From: Auanema rhodensis
Taxonomy: Eukaryota; Animalia; Nematoda
Direction of reading: 5' to 3'
Assembly: GCA_964057225.1 (NCBI GenBank)
Contig: OZ059895.1
Location: forward strand, 13,516,001-13,580,000
Length of the DNA: 64,000 nt
Both the position numbers and the translations under genes were made by a program. Below, one piece after another: positions 10,434 through 21,374 of this stretch (position 1 is its first letter; each line of letters opens with the position of its first letter). The notes below the pieces were generated by a model that saw only the letters and a program-made list of their open reading frames with translations, made no database searches and was not told the origin of the DNA.

Positions 10434-10688
10434 GCAGCAAAAGTATATTTTTGACAGCTGACGCCGAAAATATGATTTTGACAGCTGACGCCCCCAAAAG
10501 TATGTTTTTAGCAGCTGACGCCCTCAAAAGTAAGTTTTTAGCAACTGTTTGGGGGCGTGGTTAGTAAATTCGGCATGGCTCTCTACTGATGCCCCCAAAA
10601 GTATGTTTTTAGCAGCTGACGCCCTCAAAAGTAAGTTTTTAGCAACTGTTTGGGGGCGTGGTTAGTAAATTTTGCACGGCTCTCTATT
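10434..10688 (-). mobile_element. Two tandem Maverick-type right termini (ending ctctctact at 10587 and ctctctatt at 10688)
   Basis: Match the Maverick right end at 53000-53146 (gggggcgtggttagtaaattttgcacggctctctact) including the 28-bp cagctgacgcc repeats. Confidence 0.88.
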
Positions 10689-10761
10689 AACCTTAGCCTG
10701 CTCTACTAGGTATGTTTATTCTAATGCACCGCTAAGAAATTTGCATTTCAATTCCAATTTT

Positions 10762-11109
10762 TTTATTCTGTGTTTTATATTTTATATTTTATAATTCTAG
10801 TTTCTTGTCTTAGTGTATTATGTTATCAGTTATATTTTGCAGCCTCAGCATTTTCTGAGATAGTTATAATTGTCATTGACAACTTATAACCTTTCGTGGA
10901 AAATGCTGATAACATTCGCTATATAAGCTTGCCATTCAACTGAATCTTCAGTTGGCGGACTTATCTTTATCTTTATTTGTTTATTGTTTAAATGTTTTTT
11001 ATTTATAATAAATCTTTCTCTCTTCCTCAAATCTTATTGTTTCTTTTACAACATATCAATCTAAGGGTCAATAACATGGAACATTAATATCCAAATCAAG
11101 GATATTACA
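10762..11109 (+). repeat. 5' LTR of element 2, missing its first ~53 bp
   Basis: Identical to 54944-55291 except one substitution that I could see; ends ...gatattaCA before the PBS. Confidence 0.92.
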
Positions 11110-11122
11110 TGGAGGTTCCACC
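11110..11122 (+). promoter_or_regulatory. Primer binding site, tRNA-Gln
   Basis: tggaggttccacc, a 13-nt complement of the tRNA-Gln 3' end. Confidence 0.88.
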
Positions 11123-12039
11123 TTAGAATCTTTTTACGATTTTCGAACTCGCTACCACCTCTCTTTCCAATTCAGTACGAAGGGTCTCACTCATTTTTTT
11201 AATAAACAGGGTTGATATTTTGCGCAAGGGTGAGATACTGAATTGGCCAACTTTTCGATTTCTTTTTGTTTCTGCGCAGTGGTATTTTTGATTTTTCATT
11301 GTGGCGAAAAATATATATTTTTTGGAAATGGAAAAGCTGTTTGATATAAGCAAAATTGGACCTTAATAAAGTCAATTTGCGATATTTTTGATAAAGATTA
11401 CAAGTTTGTACTAACAGAATGGCCACTGTAAGAAAATAACATCCGCTGTATCATTTGTCATATTTGAATTTAAACCTTCCTCTCATAATTTTTTGATTGT
11501 TGATTCAAGTTGAAACAAAGACTTTGGAATTTGAAAGATGCCTTGTTTGGTAATTCATTGTTATTCAGTAACAATTGAGATTTTGATTTGTCCGCCATAC
11601 TCACTTCTCTAATTTATGAATCACATTGTCACATAATCATATCCTATCATCATCTTAACAATTAATTATATTCACATCTTTTTTTTTTTTTTTCCTCTCT
11701 ATAGTTTGTTTTTGTATGAGTTCATTAATTAATTGATCTTCAACCCATATTATTATATATCTTTTTTTTTCTTCGATTTTTTTTCTGTTATTCACTAATT
11801 TATTCACTATTAACTATTCATATTCTTATCTTGTTTACTAACTTATTCCACTATTTTACATTGTAGATTGTTCTGACTTTCCTCCTTTTCCAAAACGGCA
11901 ACCTCCAAGAATAATTATACGGATACGCCTTTCCGTACCTCTCAAAGATTAAGAGACAAGAGAAATCGTATTTCTCGATTTCCTTTTCCCGTTTGACAAC
12001 GATTTAAGTCCATCGGACGACGAAAAAACGCCAACACAC

Positions 12040-15000
12040 TTGGCTGTAACACCGAAAAAAGAAAAAACTCCCCAGCGCGAAAAACTACCTCTGAAGCTCC
12101 TACTCAACATGAGACCACATGAGCAATCAAACAGAGATTCAACTCTAGAAACGCCTAATTTAATGGCATCTCCAGAGTTGACCAAAAACTTAACAAAAGT
12201 TCTAGGCAGTCCACACTGCCCCAAATACGATGGTAGCCGAAGCTTTCGATCGTACATCGATATATTTAACCGATTCGCGAATGCTGCGGGACTTTCGGTA
12301 ATTGAAAGAATTTTTCTTCTTCCTCTGCTGCTTCAGCAGAATGATTCTGCGATCTCTGCATATAACTCGATTCCTTCCGAAATTCGTGAACGAGGGCCTT
12401 GGAAAGACCTTGTTTCACAATTGGCAGAGTTACTTTGCCCTGCCACGGAAAGGAATTTCACGATCGCGAAGTTGCTACGCTCGACGCAAGGAGAGAAAAC
12501 TGTTACTCAGTTTGCCTCATACTTGGAAGAAATGGCTTCCAGTATTATGAGCCCAACTGATCGAGAAAGAGAGCTCATATTAAGATCAGCTTTCTTAAAT
12601 GGATTGAACGCTGATTTAGGCATAATTGTTCAAGGAAAAGATCCGAAGACTTATGAGGAAGCAAAAAGGACAGCACGTTTTAAAGAAGCAATTCGTGCTA
12701 ACTATAAAAAACAGCATGAAGAAAACTCAACTATGCAAGAGTTGATCTCTGCAGTTCAGAAGATCACCATGAAGGAAAATAGGAACCAAAGGAACCATCA
12801 GCAGCCACGAGATTTCGAACGGAACAATGGCAACAATGCAAGAAACCCTTGGAAGAATTTCAAAAATAAATTCAGCAGGAACTCTGGCCCTCGACAAAAT
12901 TATGGAAACAACTACTCAATGGAGAGTAATCATCATTCGAGAGAACCTCGCAACAATTATCAAAGAGAAAATCGAGACAACTTTGCCAGGAATAATCGCG
13001 ACAATTATCCAAGAGAGAATCAAGGCAATCAAAGACGATGGAAACCTCGATTCAATATAAATACTATTGCATTACCATTCCTGCTCACAACAATAATCTG
13101 CACATTTCTGCTTCCCACTGTGAATGCTTCATATCAACTATGTTTAGCTCATAAAGGAGGAATTCTGATGACACCACCAGAGATAACAGGATGCCAACGG
13201 AAAGCAATTCAACAAGCTCATCAAGTTAACGTTGAATTGTTCATTCCTAAACAAACCGTCGTAACATGGGAAGCGTGGAAGTGTTATACACGCATCTATC
13301 GATTATGTGTAACGGATCAATTTTGGTTCCGAGAAAGCAACGACACCATCATTGGTAATGGATATGTATCTGTAGAAGAATGCCGTATAGCTGCTCGAGA
13401 CAAGAAATGGAAAAATGAAAAACTGTTGAGCGCTAATCCACTTACATATGAAGCTCCTAAGCCAGTATATGAACCGGAACGTTTCTTCAGTTTTACTCAA
13501 TGCGCCAACTTAACTCAATTTGTGATGGAGCGAGGAGTTATTACAAATTTAAAGGACAATACTATTGTATCTGACTTAATTGTCAACGCCGAAGGCTGTA
13601 AAGCTCAAATGGGAAGCTGTACATTTGGAGATGGTTCAGTAGTTTGGAAACCACCCACACCCCGAGCACCATGCCAATACACACGTATTGGACCTCTGTA
13701 TGGAATACTTGGAGATCAAACACTGCTAATATCAAGTCTAGAAACAGCACTTGTCTTAGCCAACACCTCAGCATCTACTACAACTCAATCTTGTTTTTCT
13801 TCACCAATTTTTGAATCCACTACTGAGACTCTTGTCTCGTTTATTGATTATCCGCATGCATATTCTCTACTGGATCTAACAAGTTATTTGGATAATCAAA
13901 TGGATCCTTCACGCCAACGCTATAAACGTTCAACAAATTCATCCTTAATTGCGTCATTTCGCTCAGAAATGGAATATAAGTTAACTCCTATTCAAATATT
14001 GGATCTACCGTTTGCTAGATATACTGTCACGTCTGGCGGAAATACCATACGATATATTCATAACTGGTATCACTATCAATCAGTTAGCAACGAATATCAA
14101 AACCTGACTGTTATTGCTCGATATCATCAATTTTTGCTGTCAGCTGTTCATATTTTGAACATTACTGATCATACTATAGATTACTGGGCAAATTTAAAAG
14201 ACTTCCGCGATCCGAATATTCTCTTACTACATGCTCTAGGAGGAGAAGAAAGCAAGATGATTACAAAAATGTGGATCGAACAAATGGAGCCTAGTTTTGT
14301 CATCGGTCAACTAGCACACCGTCTTCCTATCAATTATATAAAAAGAATAGTTAAACCAGGCAATTCTACAATTTTGGTTGCAAGAGATAAATTATGGGAA
14401 TTGATACAAATACCTGCAATCTTATCCGAAACAGAATATGTGCCACCACTCGAATTTTTGATATTCACAGTATATCAAAACCATCTCAACTTCACATTTG
14501 GAGATCCACGTTCTGTGGTATATAAAGCAAAAGAATTACTTCGTGAACTACGCTATCAGTATTCTCAACTTCAACTGATAGAATATTATCGAATGAAACT
14601 GTTCTTTCATAGTCATTTTATGCAACGACAAGTGAAAGATCAAGTATATGAAATGAAATTAAAGCTGTTGGATAACTGGACACTCAGAAACCGAGAAACC
14701 ATTTTTGGAATACCGATGCCTTCGAATAAAGAAGATCTCTACAGCCGTAACATCAATATTGACGCTAAACAATTAACTGATTTAATGTCATTGTTTTCAA
14801 AACCAGCACCTGAAGAGATTACAAAAAGAGTATTCAGTCGCTCTATCACCACTAAAACTACGCCAACTGCACGATTTCTTAGTGCTACCTCAAAACCTGT
14901 TGTAAATACATCATCTACTACAAAACAAACAATTAGTACTATTCAAGGGATGACATCAATGCAACCTATGATTGGAAGCATAGAGAAAGCTCAAGAATTA

Positions 15001-17885
15001 TTCGGCACTCACTTAACTGATCACCAGAATACTATACTTCGACATCGAGATGCATTAACTACCATCAACAAACTCAACTATGGATTTGAACGAATGAGAA
15101 CCATACTGGTCGAAGAATTTCATCATCAACATCACAGCATATGTCATGCTCAACTTGAACTTATTAAGACATGGCAAGCTATATTTAATATCAATCCTAC
15201 GATTGCTATCAGATCTATTATGCAACGAGATGATATAGTGGCTCGAATAATTGGACGGAATCTTATTCGGGTTTCAACCTGTCAGCCAATAGAACCAATT
15301 CACATTTATCGCAACCACACATACAAAGATAAGTGTTATTTAGAAACACCCGTCATCACGGATGATGACCGCCTCTACTTTGCACCTCAAGATTCAGCAG
15401 ATTTGGAAGCATATGGAACTGAAATTCCATGTGAAACAGTAGAAAATGATATATGGAAAGAGGATGGAGAATGGAAATCCCTCAACGGAGTTACAAACGT
15501 AACTGCTTTAAACATTGGTTCAGATCAGTATCCCGATCTAGCAGCCATTCGATTTTCACAAAGAAATCTTTATGAAAATAGCACCGATGAAAACTTAGTT
15601 AGAACAATAAGCCTAACATATGGACACATTTTCGCTACCAATCCTCATAGAAATTTTCTACGAGTTATCACGAATCAAGCGAATTTGCCAGGCTTATCAG
15701 AATGGTTTACAAAAAGTAACGAACTTTTTAGTTCTACTCAAAATATTGCATCATCACTATGGGAACGAGGAGTTGATTTCTTTGCTGGATCCCTCAACAG
15801 AATGTTTATCTCTGCAGGTGTTATGATAGTTATATTAATCTTTGGATCAGCATTATACATTATTGTTGTATCTTATATCAAAGAGAAAGTTCCTATCTTA
15901 AATGTGAATGCAGTTGAACAACACGAACTACTCAACGCTGACATCGATGTTCCAGCCGACGACGAAACTATTCGAAGATATTTTCCTACTGTCATCACTT
16001 TTATTCCTATTATTATACCTTTTGTTGGATGCTGTGCAACGAACAAAAGAGAACTCCCATATATAAGAATTGAAGCAGAAGGCAGAGGACTCGTAGCTTT
16101 ATGGGATAGCGGAGCATCTGTTTCATATTTGAAGGAATCATCAGTACGCTATTTAGGAAAAGAGAATTTCAACTCAACTAAAATCTCTGCCACCGCAGCA
16201 AATGGATCAATATTCAACTTTCTGGGTACAATAACGTTGGACATTGTTATTGCTGGATACCATCTTTCACACACATTTTTAATCTCTGAGGATAAACATT
16301 GTCCTACTGAAATGCTACTTGGTTTGGACATCATGAAAGCATTAGAAGAAAAAGGAATAACAACTTCTCTACAAGCTTTACGCAAGCAATTAATAGTTGG
16401 AAACCATTTTCTACCATTATTATCCGCTAACCAAAAGAGCTTTCGCATCAGTTCAGACACCGTGTCAATTATAAACATTAGAGAATCTATTATTCCACCC
16501 CGAACTAAAGCTATGATTCGTCTACAATTGGCAAAAGAACTACAACCAAAACAATACGCTCTTATACGATGTGGAAATGGACCTATTCAATTCACACCTA
16601 CTGCTATCAAGACTTCACCACTCACAATATTCGCCATCAATACAGCAAATTATGAGGTGAAGTTAACAGGAAACACCATTATTGGAAAAGGAAAAATAGC
16701 AGAAGAAATTGGAATCCCACACATACCGGACTATATTCCACCAGAAGCTGATTGGTCAGATAAATTGCCTATTTTTGAGAAGAATCCTTTCGATAACTTA
16801 AAATTCGAATCAACGGATCTATCTAAAAATCAACGTCAAAATCTCAAAACTATGTTGAGAAGATTCAAAAATGCTTTTTTTAACGAAGATCGGAACATTG
16901 GATTATTCAAAGGACCAATAGAACATTCAATCACTTTGAGAACCGATATGGACCTGCCCAAATCTCGATCATATCGAGTTCCTTTGGGTAAACAGGATGA
17001 AGTTGAACGTCAAGTAAAAGAAATGCTAGACCAAGGAGTAATAGAAACATCAACATCAAGTTTCACAAGTCCAGTCGTCTTAGTCAAGAAGAAAGACAAC
17101 TCATTCCGCTTTGTAACGGACTTCCGTGCACTCAATAGTGTCACACAGAAACAGACTTATTCCATTCCTCATATACCAGAAATAATCGACAGCACTGCAG
17201 GAGCTCGGTACTTCACAAACATCGATCTCGTATCGGGATTTTTTCAAATTCCTTTACGTGAAGAAGACCGTCACCTCACTGCATTTGTGACTTCATCAGG
17301 AGTTTATCAATATTGCAGAATGCCGATGGATCTCTGTGGAGCTCCACATACATTTCAATCAGCTGTTCGCTATTTGCAAAATCAAGTAAAATGTCGACTT
17401 TTTGTTTATCTGGATGATCTACTCATTATATCAAACACAGCTGAACAACATCTGGAGGATATAGAAGAAGTGTTACAAGCTTTACAAAGATTAGGAATGA
17501 AAGCAAAACTAAGTAAATGCAAATTTGCAGCTACACAAGTTAAATTTCTTGGATTTATAATCGGTCGTGATGGAATACAACCTGATCCATCAAAAATTAC
17601 AGCCGTTAAGAAATTTCCAACTCCTAAAACGGTCACCGCTATTCGTTCATTCCTTGGAATGACAAATTATTTTCGGCGATTCATCAGAGACTACGCCAAA
17701 ATAGCCGAACCGTTGTATCAACTCACACACAAGGATCAAGATTTCGAATGGACGGAAGAACGTGAAAAAGCATTCGAGACTCTCAAGAAAGCTCTATGCA
17801 CAGCACCAGTTCTGAAGCCACCAACAAATGGAGCACCTTTTGTTATTGAAAGTGACGCTAGTACTATTGCAATTGGAGCAGTCTT
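12040..17885 (+). CDS. Gag-Env(gB-like class III fusogen)-protease-RT-RNase H(N-part) polyprotein; the listed ORF runs on for 46 codons into the Maverick TIR
   Basis: Gag PKYDGS; signal peptide 13063-13128; RYKR furin site 13918-13929; gB-like INPT..IVAR.IG...VSTC..CY..PV..EIPC at 15181-15432; TM 15802-15879; LWDSGA protease at 16105; RT YRVP/DFRALN/YLDD; likely start ATG at 12109 or 12163. Confidence 0.93.
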
Positions 17886-18547
17886 AGTAGAAAGCCGTGC
17901 AAAATTTACTAACCACTCCCCCAAACAGCTGTCAAAAACATACTTTTGGGGGCGTCAGCTGCTAAAAACATACTTTTGGGGCGCGTCAGCTGTCAAAAAC
18001 ATATTTTTGAGCGTCAGCTGTTAAAATCATATTTTAGGATCATGGTTCATGGATTTTCCTTTTTTAAATATAAAAGTCATGATTTAAAGCATGATTTTTT
18101 TTTTTTTTTTTGATTTTTTTTTTAAATTTTTTTTTTAAATCAAATTTAAATATGCTTTTTCAAATGTATGTATATATTTTCAATTATTTTTAAATATATT
18201 AAGTAAAAATAAAAATCTTAATTTTAAATATTTAAATTATATTTAAATTTTATATATATATAAATTTTATTTAAACTTTAATTATTTAAATTATATTTAA
18301 ATTCTATATATATAAATTATATTTTAACTTTAAATTTTATATATAAATTATATTTAAATTTTAAATATATAAATTTGTTTTTAAATTTTATTTATTTCTT
18401 TATTTCTTTATTATATTTATTAATAATGTTTGCTTACTTATTTTGTTTATTTTTTATTGTATTGTGTTTGCATTGTTTTTATTTTAAAGAACAGTAAAAT
18501 TTTTGCATGTATATCGTTTTGTTCACCGTACTTGTTACGGGTAATTC

Positions 18548-18700
18548 AATGGAACACATATCGAAGGTTAATTCGATAAGAACGATATGAAATACCAAAA
18601 TTTAATGGAACACATATCGAAAGTTAATTCGATAAGAACGATATGAAATACCAAAATTCAATGGAACACATATCGAAGGTTAATTCGATGAGAATGACAT
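18548..18700 (+). repeat. 56-bp tandem repeat (about 2.7 copies) inside the TIR, each with the dyad TATCGAA-N6-TTCGAT(A); also present in the TIRs starting at 28934, 39313 and 52321
   Basis: aatggaacacatatcgaaggttaattcgataagaacg at 18548, 18604 and 18660. Confidence 0.9.
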
Positions 18701-19093
18701 TAAATTATTAATTTTTGAAATTACAAATTGTTATTAATTATATTTATTCTAACAAGTAAAAGTTTCAAATTATAATTAAAGATTAGTTTTAAACTTTATT
18801 TTACTAATATAACAATACAATAACTAAATAGAGCACACATTGAAGGTAAATACAATAAGATTAACAAACAGTTGCGCTGACCCCAATGAAACGCATAAAG
18901 TTAATTTAATAAGAACTAATAACAAAAATTAATCCGACGGGGACAATAAAAACAGATGTATTCAATAAGCTTATTTATTTTAAAGTTTATCGCAACTGCT
19001 AGTTTTGACAGCTGTACCCAAATCCATGTTACATAACAAATTACAATGCCAACAGCAATGTGTAGACTGATATATTCATTATATCGAGGTACA

Positions 19094-20712
19094 ATGGCTG
19101 CTAATAGGTTGTGTCTTTTTGATTATTTGTTTGTAAACTTTTTCTTTTTTCAGTTATAAACGTTTATGTGAAGAGCTAGGATTTGATTATGAAGAGATTA
19201 ATCAGCTCAGGTAATTTAACAATATTTTGAATCTTTATATATATTTTGTTTTTTAGTAAACGTATAAAGTTTACCGAGGCTGGTGGGATCGAGCTCTGTG
19301 AGCCCACATCACCCACTTTTAACAGTGGGCCCTCATCATCAAGGGTTATTGAAGTAATAACCTTGGATGACAGTGATGAGTAAGCGATATTAAAAATTAT
19401 AACAATTAGTTTTTTCTTTTTAAGAGAATGGGATCCCGCTACCCCATCAACCAGTGGAGGGCAAGTCGGATATGGAGCGGCTTTCAACGATGTCTGTAAA
19501 ATAGAGGTGCGATCTTTTATTTACATATCATTTCATAATATATCTTTTGAAACATGAAATTTTCTCTTGCTCCAGTTGCATATTTTGAAAACATTTTGAA
19601 ATTTATTTCTCTTTTTCAATTGCATTCATAAAATTCTCTCTTTCTCATCTTTACATTTCATCTCAATCTATATCTTTTATCAAACAAATTGCAAGTATTT
19701 TGAAATTTACATATTCATTCTTTTGAACAGCATTCATTTTAAAATCTTTACATTTCATCTCACTATCTATCTTTCTTTCAACCAATTTTGAATTCTTACA
19801 AATTATAAATATTTCAAACATTTTGAACTAGTAAAATAATAAAACACCATCTTGACCTTCTCATTAATTTTTAAACATTAACAAATGTTTATAAAAGTTT
19901 TTTCAAAGTTGATAAAAAAAAAAAAAAATCTTTATATTTAAAAATCAAATGCCATTTATTTTTAATAAAAGAATATAAAAATAATTTAAAGAAAAGTAAA
20001 TTTATTAAAAGTTATAAACAAAAATTATTTATATTTAAATTAAAAGCGTATAACCATTATAAAAAATATGTATTATAGTGGTCACACCGACGCATAAAAC
20101 GAACTGGTCGGTTCACCAACGTGGTCGTTAGATCGCTCACGTTCCCACATTTGGAAGCCATTAATGAGCCAATGCATGTTGTCATGCCGCGGCTATTTAA
20201 TGAGTTTCTTGATCGGTGCCTTGCTGAAAGTGGTGTGCCAGATAAACAAAAAGCGCTATTTTGTTTATCAATAGAGCACCCATCCTTTGAAAAGGGATCC
20301 ATATTTATGGATTTCCGTAGAAGGGAGCATTTGGATGGCGTTGCCATCATGAATGCCATCAGCAAAGTGCAGCAATCAAAGCGAGAGGCTGTAATTAGCC
20401 AGGCAATGAATATTGAAATGTATGTGTTTGATGAGAGACCAGTGCAGCCAAGCCTGATGCCTGGTGAAGGTAGAGTTGGTTTCTATTTTGATGCCGAACT
20501 CAAAATACCTGGCACAATTGAGAACACTGATACACATTGCCTGGCTAGAGCAGCAGTTGTGGGAATGTGGAGAGCCGATGAAGAGGCAGCAGAAGATGTT
20601 GTTGAGAAGCGGAGGATTCAAAATCTTCGTCGCAACTACATCTTGTTGCCAAATCAACCACATCATATCAATTTATTGAATAGGTGTGGTATTTCTGTAC
20701 ATTTACCAAATT
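19094..20712 (+). pseudogene. 5' fragment of pPolB (exons 19094-19107, 19154-19210, 19257-19379, 19425-19506, 20079-20712), truncated
   Basis: GT-AG introns of 46, 46, 45 and 572 nt join in frame to the 199-aa ORF, which is identical to the pPolB N-terminal exon bar one residue up to the breakpoint. Confidence 0.75.
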
Positions 20713-21057
20713 TTTTGTAATATTCGTGTTTGGTACAGCATCATTATTAATCACAAGTTGGTTATTCTTGTTTGTGCGCACCTCTGGAAATTTCTCCCAC
20801 AAATTGTTATACTTTCTTGGCAACTTGTATTCTGGCAATAGAGGTGGATCAGCATTTTCCACTTGTACTGATATGGGCGCATCTATACTTTCTCTATAGT
20901 TTTTGAGACGAGCAATCAAGTCTTCGTATAGTTCAGCCTTTTTATAGTCGGGTATAGCTCTATTTTCTCGTAAAAGCTTGAGCTCTGAATCAAACTTGTC
21001 TATATTAATTGTTTCCTCGTCGACAGGAATTAGTCGATATTTATGGTTGAGCTTCAT
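20713..21057 (-). pseudogene. Truncated copy of the 238-aa conserved Maverick protein
   Basis: Near-identical to the N-half of 32390-33106, cut at the inversion junction. Confidence 0.85.
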
Positions 21058-21362
21058 GATTTAAAACCAAAATAGGCAATACCACATGTAACTATTGTTT
21101 TCAATTGTTTGTGTGAAAGCGTTGCCAATAATGATTTAGCCTTTTCCGGTGTGCGTATCAAAGCTATTTGACGTAATAATGAAGATATGGGCAAGAGGGT
21201 TTTATATTCCTTGTTAGTTAAAAGAAAATTATTATTTTTCACAATATTAAATACAATTTCAACAATAATTTCAATTTGTGCAAAAGAAAATGAGGAAACA
21301 GAACAAGGAGTTTTGGCGCAAGAAGACAAAAAGTTGAAATTTGACAAAATACGACCACTCAT
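21054..21362 (-). CDS. Small Maverick protein, 102 aa, unknown function
   Basis: Identical in all three units; its stop overlaps the next ATG (ATGA); I.EI..N.......LT......L......LR..A pattern recalls small Polinton ORFs. Confidence 0.7.
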   Translation of the reverse strand: MSGRILSNFNFLSSCAKTPCSVSSFSFAQIEIIVEIVFNIVKNNNFLLTNKEYKTLLPISSLLRQIALIRTPEKAKSLLATLSHKQLKTIVTCGIAYFGFKS

Positions 21363-21374
21363 TGAACAAGCACT

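Larger units (their letters stand above)
17886..20712 (+). repeat. 2.8-kb left arm, an inverted copy of the right end 50503-53146 (TIR plus 5' part of pPolB)
   Basis: ORFs 19176-19487 and 20121-20720 mirror 51700-52011 and 50093-51094; homology ends at ...tttaccaaatt. Confidence 0.93.

Noticed and set aside
11123-11426. Antisense ORFs in the leader of element 2, as a counterpart of the element-1 antisense gene
   Set aside because: Non-ATG starts, no convincing splice model and no similarity to the element-1 product
14824-14841. KRVFSR as a second furin site that would excise the Env insert
   Set aside because: The spacing is R-x-x-x-R rather than R-x-x-R, so it cannot be supported
17886-18024. 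C-terminal repeats KTYFWG of the 1994-aa ORF, and the MGAWLVNFARLST starts of the 248-aa ORFs
   Set aside because: Translations of the Maverick TIR across insertion junctions, not real protein domains
18548-18700. Regularly spaced partly palindromic repeats resembling a CRISPR array
   Set aside because: The intervening sequences are identical rather than unique spacers, the context is eukaryotic and there are no cas genes
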